The notes under the pieces: generated by a model
Databases searched by the model: none
The model's input: only the letters and a program-made list of their open reading frames with translations
What the model was told of the DNA's origin: nothing
Position numbers and translations under genes: made by a program
Source: a virus
Taxonomy: Duplodnaviria > Caudoviricetes
Length of the DNA: 33,315 bases
Reading direction: 5' to 3' (one strand)
Virus record (IMG/VR): IMGVR_UViG_3300037991_006145
Location: 1 to 33,315 of that record
Shown: positions 25,251-33,272 of the stretch, in pieces
How the letters are laid out: each line of letters begins with the position of its first letter
How positions within the stretch are numbered: position 1 is the stretch's first letter

Positions 25251-27272
25251 TTATCTTACCACATTATACTGTATTTGTGAATACATGGTATAGAAATTAT
25301 TAGGATTGGAGGAAGAAATATTAGGTTTCTTTGATCCTCCACCAGAACCAGATGATGGAGGAGTTGATTGTTGTGCCTGAGTATTAGGTCTAAAAACTAC
25401 ATTTGGTTGTGCCTTTGGCATCTGACCAGGAGTTCCCGTAGATTGTGAAGGCATACTTTGAATACTGGATGCCGATATAGAAGATTGAACATTTCCTGCT
25501 CCACCACCTCCAAATATAAAATGACCTCCATGAGATCCTGGATAATCATTAATCATCCATCCATATTTTTGACCATTCTTTCTAATCCAGGCATTTGAAG
25601 TTCCATGAATATCAAGTGCCGTTCCGTTCATATGTCTTGAGTTTGGTGCTCCATTTACAGCTTTATTCTTTGCAGGACTTCTTTGTGAACTGGCAACATC
25701 AGATCCTTTTACGGCACCATTTGAATCTTTAATCATCTTGGCAAATGCCTCGGCACCCGACTTTGAAAGAATCACAGGTCTTCCACTAGCATCAGTGACT
25801 CCTTCTATTGTATAACCACTTCCAGTTTCTGGATGATTCGCCTTTACAACTTTTACATCATCTCCCATAGATGATGATTCTCCACCTCCTTCGGAAACTT
25901 CTTTTGTTCCTCCACCACCACCTCCTCCAGGAGTTAATGAAGTTTGAGGTTGAACACTTGCACCTCCACCACCAGAAGCTTTTGCCGCATATTTTGCTCT
26001 TACTTCTTGCTCCAACTTATCTCTTTGTGCCGTATCCTCTTTAGTAGAATATGTTTCTGTCCTTGAACCCCCACCACGAGTATTTCTTTTTCTAGTTCCA
26101 CTATCTTTTACTGTTGCTCTTTGTGTATCAATTTCTGCTTTCATATCATCACGAAGCTTATTAAGTTCTGCTCTTCTTTTTTTGAATTTTGCTATTGCTT
26201 CTTTTTGTTCCTTCGTGCCATATTTTTCGGCGTCTTTCTCCTTACTTACATTCGCACTAGTGCTACTACCAATAATTGTAAATTTATCATCTCCTTGCAT
26301 ACGCACACCAGCTGCTTTTAATTCTGCTTTAGCTTTATCATGTTCTGCCGAAAATTCTCTACCACCAGTTCCACCTATTCCAAAAAAACCATGGTCTCTA
26401 ATATTTTCACCTATTGCCTTTCCTGCTAAAATCAAACCACCAATACCTGCTGCAATGGCAAGAGTTGCTAATCCTGCCGGAGATAGTAAAAATCCGACTA
26501 TCGCTATGCCAAGTTTAGCAATTATTCCGGCAATGGGTAAAATAAGAGATGGTAAAAGTGCCAGTCCACCACTTAGTGCTAGAAATACTCCACCAACAAC
26601 ACCAAGTGCGACAAGAACATTATTTTTGATTTTCTCTAACTCTTCACTATCACCAGACAAGAATGCTGCCATGGCTTTGACACCTTTGTCAGTCAACCAT
26701 CCAACAAAGAGAATCTTGAAGAAATCCATAATCCTTGATAGGATTCCCTTTGCCTGATTTCCAATAGATTTAATTGGAGAAAGAAGAGTGTTACGCATTC
26801 TCTCCGTAACAGACTCTAGTCCAGATTCTTTTTTAGCTGCAGAATCTTTCTCCTTTAATCTATCATCTTCTCTTCCAGCTGCTAATAGATTCTGCTGCTC
26901 TTTCTTTGCATCATTAACTAAAAATTCTGATAATCTCTTTATGGTATCCTGAATAGAAATTATAGATTTTTCTAAGGCGGTAACTCTCTGAGATAAACTT
27001 GGTTGTTGATCTGAAGAGGCATCCGAATCCGATGTTTTGACCAGAGCACCAGGTTTACTTACAGGAACAATGGCACCTGGTTTACTAAAAACTTTTTCTG
27101 CACTTACGGTTCTTTTTTTGAATAGTGCCTTCCTTTGACCGGCACTTAAATACTCTCCCGTGGCAGGATTTATTCCAGACTGAGAAACATCACCAAGAGT
27201 CTTGCCTGGATTTACAGAGACTCTTCTTCTACCCAATTGTGGTGCTTTAAATGCCTGACTTTTAAATGCCAT
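25251..27272 (-). CDS. Tape-measure/hub-like (gp29-position) protein with M15-like zinc peptidase domain
   Basis: Coiled-coil N-terminus, long hydrophobic segment and Gly-rich linkers. SSQRS...NSRHMNGTALDI...WIRKNGQKYGW...HGGH resembles M15/VanY-type peptidases (His, Asp, His ligands). Confidence 0.7.
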   Translation of the reverse strand: MAFKSQAFKAPQLGRRRVSVNPGKTLGDVSQSGINPATGEYLSAGQRKALFKKRTVSAEKVFSKPGAIVPVSKPGALVKTSDSDASSDQQPSLSQRVTALEKSIISIQDTIKRLSEFLVNDAKKEQQNLLAAGREDDRLKEKDSAAKKESGLESVTERMRNTLLSPIKSIGNQAKGILSRIMDFFKILFVGWLTDKGVKAMAAFLSGDSEELEKIKNNVLVALGVVGGVFLALSGGLALLPSLILPIAGIIAKLGIAIVGFLLSPAGLATLAIAAGIGGLILAGKAIGENIRDHGFFGIGGTGGREFSAEHDKAKAELKAAGVRMQGDDKFTIIGSSTSANVSKEKDAEKYGTKEQKEAIAKFKKRRAELNKLRDDMKAEIDTQRATVKDSGTRKRNTRGGGSRTETYSTKEDTAQRDKLEQEVRAKYAAKASGGGGASVQPQTSLTPGGGGGGGTKEVSEGGGESSSMGDDVKVVKANHPETGSGYTIEGVTDASGRPVILSKSGAEAFAKMIKDSNGAVKGSDVASSQRSPAKNKAVNGAPNSRHMNGTALDIHGTSNAWIRKNGQKYGWMINDYPGSHGGHFIFGGGGAGNVQSSISASSIQSMPSQSTGTPGQMPKAQPNVVFRPNTQAQQSTPPSSGSGGGSKKPNISSSNPNNFYTMYSQIQYNVVR

Positions 27273-27441
27273 TCTGCTGCTGATGTTTCAGGTTTTCTTC
27301 CTCAATATACTGTTGAAGAAGTGTAACGTATACATCCTTCTCCCAGGGTATCATGTTTTCTATCTCTGTTAATGAATATTTATGATGCTGAACCAAAGAA
27401 AAGTTTATTTGATAGTATGACGCAAGATCAATATGCGCCAT
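27262..27441 (-). CDS. gp51: Baseplate hub assembly protein gp51-like (59 aa; not in ORF track), probably the -1 frame extension of gp26
   Basis: MAHIDLASYYQINFSLVQHHKYSLTEIENMIPWEKDVYVTLLQQYIEEENLKHQQQNGI*. The YSLTEIENMIPWE motif is typical of gp51. Confidence 0.88.
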   Translation of the reverse strand: MAHIDLASYYQINFSLVQHHKYSLTEIENMIPWEKDVYVTLLQQYIEEENLKHQQQNGI

Positions 27442-27456
27442 ACTTATGCGAAAAAA
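27414..27456 (-). promoter_or_regulatory. Predicted -1 ribosomal frameshift signal (slippery heptamer plus 3' hairpin)
   Basis: T_TTT_TTC at 27456-27450, spacer GCATA, then hairpin AGTATGGCGCA-TATTGATCT-TGCGTCATACT at 27444-27414. The -1 frame runs directly into gp51. Confidence 0.8.
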
Positions 27457-28166
27457 GATGATAATCCTTCCAGAACAATTTCATTCTCAACTTTTGTATT
27501 AGGATTAGTAATCTTAATTGTATGAGATAACTTAGGCATTGTTTCAAAGAATTTTTCAATCTCTTTGAATTGTTTTGAACTAAGTTGCTCAATGAATTCT
27601 GTCAGTTCTTTTTTACTGCAATCAGAGGTACTCCACGATTCCTCTTCATTGTAAACTTGTTCAATACATGAAGAAATTAAATCGAATGATTCTGTGACAC
27701 CAATAGACCCTTCTTCATAATTAAAATTTGTTTTGATAAATTCGGATAGAGATGGATATCTCATTCTCATCGTCAAAGTATCATCTAATTTAATATCTCG
27801 ACTGTGAGTAGGGTCTTTTTGAATTTTAATTTCATCAAGTGGAATAGTCACAGGAACCTGTGTCTTCTCATCATCAGGACATGTAATTAATACGTCAACA
27901 TATTCTCCAACAGATTTACCTCTGATGTTTAGAAACAAGTATTCAATATCAAAAGTGGACAACTGATCTACCTTTACTCCACGACTCAGAATACAATTTG
28001 CAATCACTGTTTTGATTGCATTTGTAATTTGTTTCTGATCCTCAGATTCCATTGCAATAATGAGAACCTTTTCTTCCTTAACTAGAAAAGGTCTATATCT
28101 TATCTTTTTTCCAGTTGATGGTAATTCCAACTCATATGTCGGCGTTGCAATTTTTGGTAAAGGCAT
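27444..28166 (-). CDS. gp26: Baseplate hub assembly protein gp26
   Basis: MPLPKIATPTYELELPSTGKKIRYRPFLVKEEK, FDIEYLFLNIRGKSVGE and C-terminal EGLSSFFA are T4-like gp26 motifs. Confidence 0.9.
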   Translation of the reverse strand: MPLPKIATPTYELELPSTGKKIRYRPFLVKEEKVLIIAMESEDQKQITNAIKTVIANCILSRGVKVDQLSTFDIEYLFLNIRGKSVGEYVDVLITCPDDEKTQVPVTIPLDEIKIQKDPTHSRDIKLDDTLTMRMRYPSLSEFIKTNFNYEEGSIGVTESFDLISSCIEQVYNEEESWSTSDCSKKELTEFIEQLSSKQFKEIEKFFETMPKLSHTIKITNPNTKVENEIVLEGLSSFFA

Positions 28167-28192
28167 GACAATCCAAATAGTTCAGTTATGGA

Positions 28193-28200
28193 TATTTATC
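28193..28200 (-). promoter_or_regulatory. T4-type late promoter (GATAAATA)
   Basis: NATAAATA located 27 nt upstream of the gp26 ATG. Confidence 0.7.
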
Positions 28201-29017
28201 AAGATATATCCAGAGCTCCATCAAGACCAGATCGATCACCCCTTTGTGCCGCCGATAGTTGTTCTGCTAACTCTTTTTCTTCAGCAGCAAATCGTTGTAG
28301 TTCTGCAAGATCTTGTGATTTTGCAGCTTCTTGTTTTGCCAATTGACTTTTATTTGCGACACCTGAATTGTTTTCGTCATTATTTTCTTGCTTACTCTTA
28401 CTTGTTTCCTTTCCGGCAATATATCTTTCATAATTAAAAGTCACATTTGCTCTCAAAACATCAGAACTACCATACTGAACAGGTGTAGATGAGAAATTTA
28501 TAGGGAAGGCACCATAAAATGTATACTCTAGTTCCTTTCCTTGACTTGGTTCAAATTTTATAATTTTAATTTTATCACACTTATATCCACTATCAGATTC
28601 TCTAGGATACTTCATCCTATAGAAATATCCGGCATCCGATTTTCTTACATTTCCACTCTCAGATCCATTTGTGATGTAGTCCATCCAGTATTCAAAGAAT
28701 TTAATTACTTTATAATCTCGATCAACATAAAATTCTAAACTCATTTCAGTAAAAATTCTAGAGTGTACCATTTTTTCTTGAACACCCATATAATTACCGG
28801 CAATACTTGCAGTGGCAAGAGAACTACCAGGAATAGAAGCACTACTACAACGAAGACCAGCTTCTTCAATAATAAATCGATTATCTACTCCTTTACCACC
28901 CAAAAATTTTGTCAGTTCACCACTCAATCCATCAAAAAATACTTGATAGTTAGATGTTTGAGCAGAATGTGCTATTTTTGTAATGTATTCTGTTATTCTC
29001 TTTCTTGATACCGTCAT
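28199..29017 (-). CDS. Tail-tube-fold baseplate protein (gp54/gp19-like)
   Basis: LRCSSASIPG, SLEFYVDRDY..IKFFEYWMDYI and YTFYGAFPINFSSTPVQYGSSDVLRANVTFNY are tube-family motifs. Confidence 0.7.
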   Translation of the reverse strand: MTVSRKRITEYITKIAHSAQTSNYQVFFDGLSGELTKFLGGKGVDNRFIIEEAGLRCSSASIPGSSLATASIAGNYMGVQEKMVHSRIFTEMSLEFYVDRDYKVIKFFEYWMDYITNGSESGNVRKSDAGYFYRMKYPRESDSGYKCDKIKIIKFEPSQGKELEYTFYGAFPINFSSTPVQYGSSDVLRANVTFNYERYIAGKETSKSKQENNDENNSGVANKSQLAKQEAAKSQDLAELQRFAAEEKELAEQLSAAQRGDRSGLDGALDIS

Positions 29018-29059
29018 CTAAATAAAATATGCCGACTTAGATTATTAAGTATTTAGATG
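29015..29059. promoter_or_regulatory. Face-to-face late promoters of a divergent gene pair, forming a 10-bp inverted repeat
   Basis: CATCTAAATA (29015-29024) and TATTTAGATG (29050-29059). Each CTAAATA abuts the start codon of the opposite-strand gene. Confidence 0.7.
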
Positions 29060-29494
29060 TCATATAAAGGAAAATATAAACCTTCTTATCCCAAAAAATA
29101 CAAAGGTGACCCAACGAACGTAATTTATCGTTCTTTATGGGAAAGAAAGTTTATGGTTTACTGTGATAAGAATGAAAATGTTTTGGAATGGAGCAGTGAA
29201 GAAATTGCTCTTCCATATAAATCACCTCTTGACAATAGAATTCATCGTTACTTTCCAGACTTTTATATAAAGGTCAAAGAAGGAAATAAAATACAAAAAT
29301 ATTTGGTCGAGATTAAACCCAAAAGACAAGTTTCAGAACCAAAAGTTCCGAAAAGAAAAACAAAGGGTTATATCTATGAAGTGAAAGAATATGTGAAGAA
29401 TCAGGCAAAGTGGAAATCTGCACAAGAATTTTGTGAAGATCGTCAGTGGAAATTTAAAATCATGACAGAGGATGATTTAGGTATCCGCCAATGA
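29057..29494 (+). CDS. gp4: Head completion protein gp4
   Basis: YKGKYKP..PKKYKGD...YRSLWERKFM, WSSEE, HRYFPDF and LVEIKP (PD-(D/E)xK-type motif). Confidence 0.92.
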   Translation: MSYKGKYKPSYPKKYKGDPTNVIYRSLWERKFMVYCDKNENVLEWSSEEIALPYKSPLDNRIHRYFPDFYIKVKEGNKIQKYLVEIKPKRQVSEPKVPKRKTKGYIYEVKEYVKNQAKWKSAQEFCEDRQWKFKIMTEDDLGIRQ

Positions 29495-29868
29495 TGTTTC
29501 CAACCGATGATAATGATAATCGTGTCAGAGGTGTCGTAAATGGTTTGATAGGTGGTGAAGATCCTGATAACTTAATGGTTGAATTGATGGATGCCGTGAG
29601 TGATTCTTATGAAACTATTCCTGAAGTCGGAAAATACTATATTTTTATATACATACCTAAAACACCAAACATACAATATGATCAAAATCCTCTTGTTGCG
29701 GTGACAGATATTTTTCGTTGGGGATTTCGTGGGTTTAATTATCACTGGGGACAAGTTCGTCAATATACATGGGAAGAACTTCAAGGAAACTTGTATGAAA
29801 TCTATCCAGATGAACTTGCAGATGTTCGTGAGATACCTTTTGGTAAAAAAACCAACAATTTCCAATAA
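29491..29868 (+). CDS. gp2: gp2-like DNA end protector (short form)
   Basis: GKYYIFIYIPKTP..YDQNPLV...GFRGFNYHW resembles the gp2 core. Overlaps the gp4 stop (ATGA). Confidence 0.6.
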   Translation: MMFPTDDNDNRVRGVVNGLIGGEDPDNLMVELMDAVSDSYETIPEVGKYYIFIYIPKTPNIQYDQNPLVAVTDIFRWGFRGFNYHWGQVRQYTWEELQGNLYEIYPDELADVREIPFGKKTNNFQ

Positions 29869-29871
29869 ATA
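29864..29871 (+). promoter_or_regulatory. T4-type late promoter (AATAAATA)
   Basis: NATAAATA located 14 nt upstream of the gp48 ATG. Confidence 0.65.
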
Positions 29872-29884
29872 ACTAAAAAGTGTA

Positions 29885-30763
29885 ATGACTGCTGTAAGTC
29901 TTAGATATCCAAATGCTCAATTAGAAAATGATACTGACTTTTTAGAAATAAAAGTCGTGAAGTATGAAGCTCCTGGTTTTAATCCTGATAGTTTTCAACA
30001 AAAAACATCATCAGAAAAACTGGCAAACAATATAGAAACACCACTTGCATATATTTTCTTACCTATCCCAGAAAATATTCAGGATAGTAATGCAGTTGAT
30101 TGGGGTGAAAATAGTTTAAATGGTATCGCAGCTCGGGCAGTTGGTGTTGCTAGAGACACAATAGGAGAAGATAATGCACTGAAAGCTGCTGGAACCCTTG
30201 TTTCGGGAGCAGGTGGTATTATCGGTGGATTAAAAACAGCAGGAGTTGATGAGACAAAAATTCAAAACTTCTTTGCTGCTAAGGCAGTTGGTGCTCTTGG
30301 ATTTAACGTAGATGCCAAAGGTGTTGTTTCAAGAGCCACTGGGCAAGTTCTTAACCCAAACATGGAACTCTTGTTTAACAATGTAACTCTCAGATCTTTT
30401 AATTTTGAATTTGATCTGGCACCCAGAGATAAAACAGAAAGTGAAACAATAAAATCCATGTTAAGGTTATTCAAAAAAAGTATGAGTGCTAAAAAAGGAG
30501 GTAAAGGTGGATTATTCATTTCATCTCCAGATGTATTCAAACTGTGTTATAAAACTGGTGGAAAAAATCATAAATTCTTACATAGTTTTAAACCAATGGC
30601 ACTATTGAATATGTCGGTTAACTATACAGGATCTGGAACATATGCAACCTATGATGACACCACACCGGTTCACATGAAATTATCCCTTTCATTTCAAGAA
30701 CTTAATCCTGTATATTCTGAAGATTATGATACAGAAGAAGGATCACTTGGAGTAGGTTACTGA
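29885..30763 (+). CDS. gp48: Baseplate tail tube cap gp48
   Basis: LRYP, IFLPIPENIQDSNAVDW, NPNMELLFNNVTLRSFNFEF and MSVNYT...TPVHMKLSLSFQEL motifs. Confidence 0.85.
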   Translation: MTAVSLRYPNAQLENDTDFLEIKVVKYEAPGFNPDSFQQKTSSEKLANNIETPLAYIFLPIPENIQDSNAVDWGENSLNGIAARAVGVARDTIGEDNALKAAGTLVSGAGGIIGGLKTAGVDETKIQNFFAAKAVGALGFNVDAKGVVSRATGQVLNPNMELLFNNVTLRSFNFEFDLAPRDKTESETIKSMLRLFKKSMSAKKGGKGGLFISSPDVFKLCYKTGGKNHKFLHSFKPMALLNMSVNYTGSGTYATYDDTTPVHMKLSLSFQELNPVYSEDYDTEEGSLGVGY

Positions 30764-31923
30764 TGGGTTATTTTAGAGAACTTCCAAATTTAGAATACGA
30801 ATCACCATTTGCCACTAGAATATCAAGTTCCAGTTACGTTCTGGCAAAGAATATTTTCCGTAGAATGAAGATTAGAGATGATCTTCAAAACATTTTTACT
30901 GTTTTTGATAAGTATGAAGTTAAAGAAGGTGCAAGACCTGATACAGTCGCAGAAGAAATCTATGGTAAATCAGATTTTGATTGGGTTGTCTTACTTTCTG
31001 CCAATATCATCAATGTCAGAGATCAGTGGCCATTATCCAGCAAAGATCTTTATGACTATACTGTGAATAAGTATGGTCTGGAGAATATTAATAAAATTCA
31101 TCACTATGAAACTAAAGAAATAAAAGACTCTGGGGGAAATATAATTATACCAAAAAATAAACAAGTAGATAAAAATTTTTCTTTATTCTACTCGACGGTT
31201 GATAGAACATATGGACAAATATTAGATTTAAATATCAAAAATGGTGAAAATGAGTTTATTCCAGGTACTTATACAAATATTGGAGCAACTTCAAATGGTG
31301 TCGGTATAGGTGCATCATTTGATGTTACTGTTAATGATAATGGAGAAATTGCAACAGTAAATGTCACTGATAAAGGAAAAGACTATGATTTGAATGATAA
31401 CATTGAATTTATAGAAGCTAAAACAATAATAACTTTAGCAGATGATGCTATACACTCATTTACAGCTGGTATTAGTGTGACACAAGGAATTGGTATTGCC
31501 ACAGGAGTTATAAAATTTACGACGACAGATTCCAATGTCGTCACATTAATAAATGTCACTGGAGATTTTAATACTTCAAATCAACTTTACGTTGATGGTG
31601 TTGGTATCGGAAAAACTCCAAATAATATAGAATCAATAGCAGGAATTGTGAAAAACTTGAATGGTTCTACTGTTGTTGGAGGTTCTGTAGAAGTTCCTTC
31701 TAATAATAAAATTTCTATCAAAGAAAGACTCTCCAATACGATAGCCATTTCTAATTATGAATATGAAACAAAAGAAAATGCAAAGAAACAAACCATTTAT
31801 CTCTTAAAACCATCTTACTTGCAGCAGTTCTTAAATGACATGAGATCTGAGATGGCATATGACGATTCATCTCAATATGTCAATAAGAATTTGATTAGAA
31901 CAGCAAACACCAGAGTATCATAA
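30763..31923 (+). CDS. gp53: Baseplate wedge subunit gp53 with internal insertion
   Basis: MGYFRELPNLEY, LysM-like YEVKEGARPDTVAEEIYG...WVVLLSANI, IHHYET and C-terminal ISNYEYE..EN..K..IYLLKP.YL. Confidence 0.88.
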   Translation: MGYFRELPNLEYESPFATRISSSSYVLAKNIFRRMKIRDDLQNIFTVFDKYEVKEGARPDTVAEEIYGKSDFDWVVLLSANIINVRDQWPLSSKDLYDYTVNKYGLENINKIHHYETKEIKDSGGNIIIPKNKQVDKNFSLFYSTVDRTYGQILDLNIKNGENEFIPGTYTNIGATSNGVGIGASFDVTVNDNGEIATVNVTDKGKDYDLNDNIEFIEAKTIITLADDAIHSFTAGISVTQGIGIATGVIKFTTTDSNVVTLINVTGDFNTSNQLYVDGVGIGKTPNNIESIAGIVKNLNGSTVVGGSVEVPSNNKISIKERLSNTIAISNYEYETKENAKKQTIYLLKPSYLQQFLNDMRSEMAYDDSSQYVNKNLIRTANTRVS

Positions 31924-31947
31924 AAAAGGAGGGTGTTACCCCTCCTT
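31922..31947 (-). terminator. Rho-independent terminator after gp32 (possibly bidirectional)
   Basis: The minus strand reads AAGGAGGG-GTAACA-CCCTCCTT-TTTT between the convergent gp53 and gp32 genes. Confidence 0.85.
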
Positions 31948-31952
31948 CTCTA

Positions 31953-32876
31953 TCACTCGGCAAGTTTAGCAAAGTAACTCAGTGCATCGTCATCATCTTC
32001 AGTGCTTGAAGGCATGATGTCGGGAGAGTTGAAAGACTTGCCACGACCTTCACTCAGGTCATCAAGGTTTTCACCACGATTCTCACGACGGAAGTTCTCT
32101 TCTTCCTCGACAGTTTCCTGGTCTTGGAAGGAAGGAGTGCCCTTGTTACCAAGAACATAGTCCAGACGCTTCTTCAGGGCATCATAATCCTTGAACTGAT
32201 CTGCGGCAACAAACTCTTGCAGAGAATACTGACCTTTCCAGATTGCTTCCATTGCGTCATCGTCATCAAGAAGTGGATCTTGACGTGCAAACTCAGAGGA
32301 GTCATAGTTACGATAACCGGCAACGTTCTTTGCCTTCAGTTTGAAGTTGGCACCTTGCCAGAAGTCGAACGGATCGATTGCTTCCTCGTCCTCAAACTCA
32401 GGTTGCATTGCTGCAGTCAGTTTGTCAAAGATCTTCTTACCATACTTGTACAGGAATACCTTGCCCTCATTCTCGGGATTGGCAGGATCCTTGACCACAT
32501 AGATGTTGCTGATGTAGGTCAGTTTACGTTTCTGCTTACGTGCAGTCTCTTTACCAAGATCTGTGCCATTGTTCCACAGCATGGTGTTGTATTCGGACAC
32601 GGGATCCTTCTGACCAAGAGTGGTCAAAGAGTTCTCGATGTACCAACCACCAGGACCTTGGAAGGCATGGGAGTACAGCTTCACAAACGGCAGATCTTCA
32701 CCGTTAGGAGCAGGAAGGAAACGGATAACGGCATAACCATTGCCGCTTTTGTCAACGTCCAGTTTCCAGAGACGTTCATCACCAGTATTGGTGGTGTTCA
32801 TCTTTTCGACTTCCTTGACCAGTTTGGCAGTCAGGGAGCCAAGTTTAGATTGCTTTTTAAGATCAGCAAAAGACAT
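31953..32876 (-). CDS. gp32: Single-stranded DNA-binding protein gp32
   Basis: DERLWKL..DKSGNGYAVIRFLPAP, HAFQGPGGWYIEN, YKYGKKIFDK, GANFKLK and an acidic C-terminus ending DDALSYFAKLAE. Confidence 0.96.
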   Translation of the reverse strand: MSFADLKKQSKLGSLTAKLVKEVEKMNTTNTGDERLWKLDVDKSGNGYAVIRFLPAPNGEDLPFVKLYSHAFQGPGGWYIENSLTTLGQKDPVSEYNTMLWNNGTDLGKETARKQKRKLTYISNIYVVKDPANPENEGKVFLYKYGKKIFDKLTAAMQPEFEDEEAIDPFDFWQGANFKLKAKNVAGYRNYDSSEFARQDPLLDDDDAMEAIWKGQYSLQEFVAADQFKDYDALKKRLDYVLGNKGTPSFQDQETVEEEENFRRENRGENLDDLSEGRGKSFNSPDIMPSSTEDDDDALSYFAKLAE

Positions 32877-32921
32877 TCGGATTACCTCGGATTTTGTTGG
32901 ATTAGTTTGGTTGACTTGGAT

Positions 32922-32950
32922 ATTATAGCAAGGTTGCCCTCAGGCGTCAA
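32922..32950 (-). promoter_or_regulatory. Sigma70-type promoter for gp32
   Basis: TTGACG-CCTGAGGGCAACCTTGC (17 nt)-TATAAT. Confidence 0.88.
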
Positions 32951-33272
32951 TGTAGTCCTTGAGGGATTGGACAGTTTGTTCCATGGTCGAGAACAGGACG
33001 TTCATGTCCGTTCCTGGTGGGAATCCCATCAGGACCACAGATTTTTTCAAGTTTTCTTTCATTTCAACGGCAGCAGGATCATCAGAAAGTGACAATCTTG
33101 CATACATGACTCGTTGTTTTTCAAGAAGTTCAATCATCATATCAATATGTTCCAATTTTTCTTCATTATCCATCATCCCGAAAGATGCTGCATCAGAATA
33201 CAGTGCTTCTTGAAGACTATTGATTTTAGTTAATTCTTCCTGAATAATTTCAGAATTAAAAAATTCACTCAT
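32940..33272 (-). CDS. Conserved cyanophage/cyanobacterial hypothetical protein (DUF1825-like)
   Basis: FFNSEIIQEEL...LLEKQRVMYARLSLSDDP.A motif, positioned between gp59 and gp32. The family is recalled, not searched. Confidence 0.7.
   Translation of the reverse strand: MSEFFNSEIIQEELTKINSLQEALYSDAASFGMMDNEEKLEHIDMMIELLEKQRVMYARLSLSDDPAAVEMKENLKKSVVLMGFPPGTDMNVLFSTMEQTVQSLKDYIDA

Noticed and set aside
27414-27444. Hairpin after gp26 as a Rho-independent terminator
   Set aside because: No U-tract follows the stem. It lies within a tightly coupled operon, and its 5-nt spacing from a slippery heptamer fits a frameshift stimulator better.
570-28437. Many short plus-strand ORFs opposite the fibre and baseplate genes
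   Set aside because: These are antisense shadows of repetitive Gly/Thr/Asp-rich coding sequence, and their repeats mirror the minus-strand proteins.
29057-29494. TnsA-like nuclease motif as evidence of a transposon or homing endonuclease
   Set aside because: The motif is intrinsic to T4-like gp4, which sits in its usual structural-gene context with no terminal repeats.
32124-33092. 322-aa plus-strand ORF antisense to gp32
   Set aside because: Best explained as a shadow of gp32 codon bias. It has no recognisable motifs or expression signals and fully overlaps two well-supported genes.
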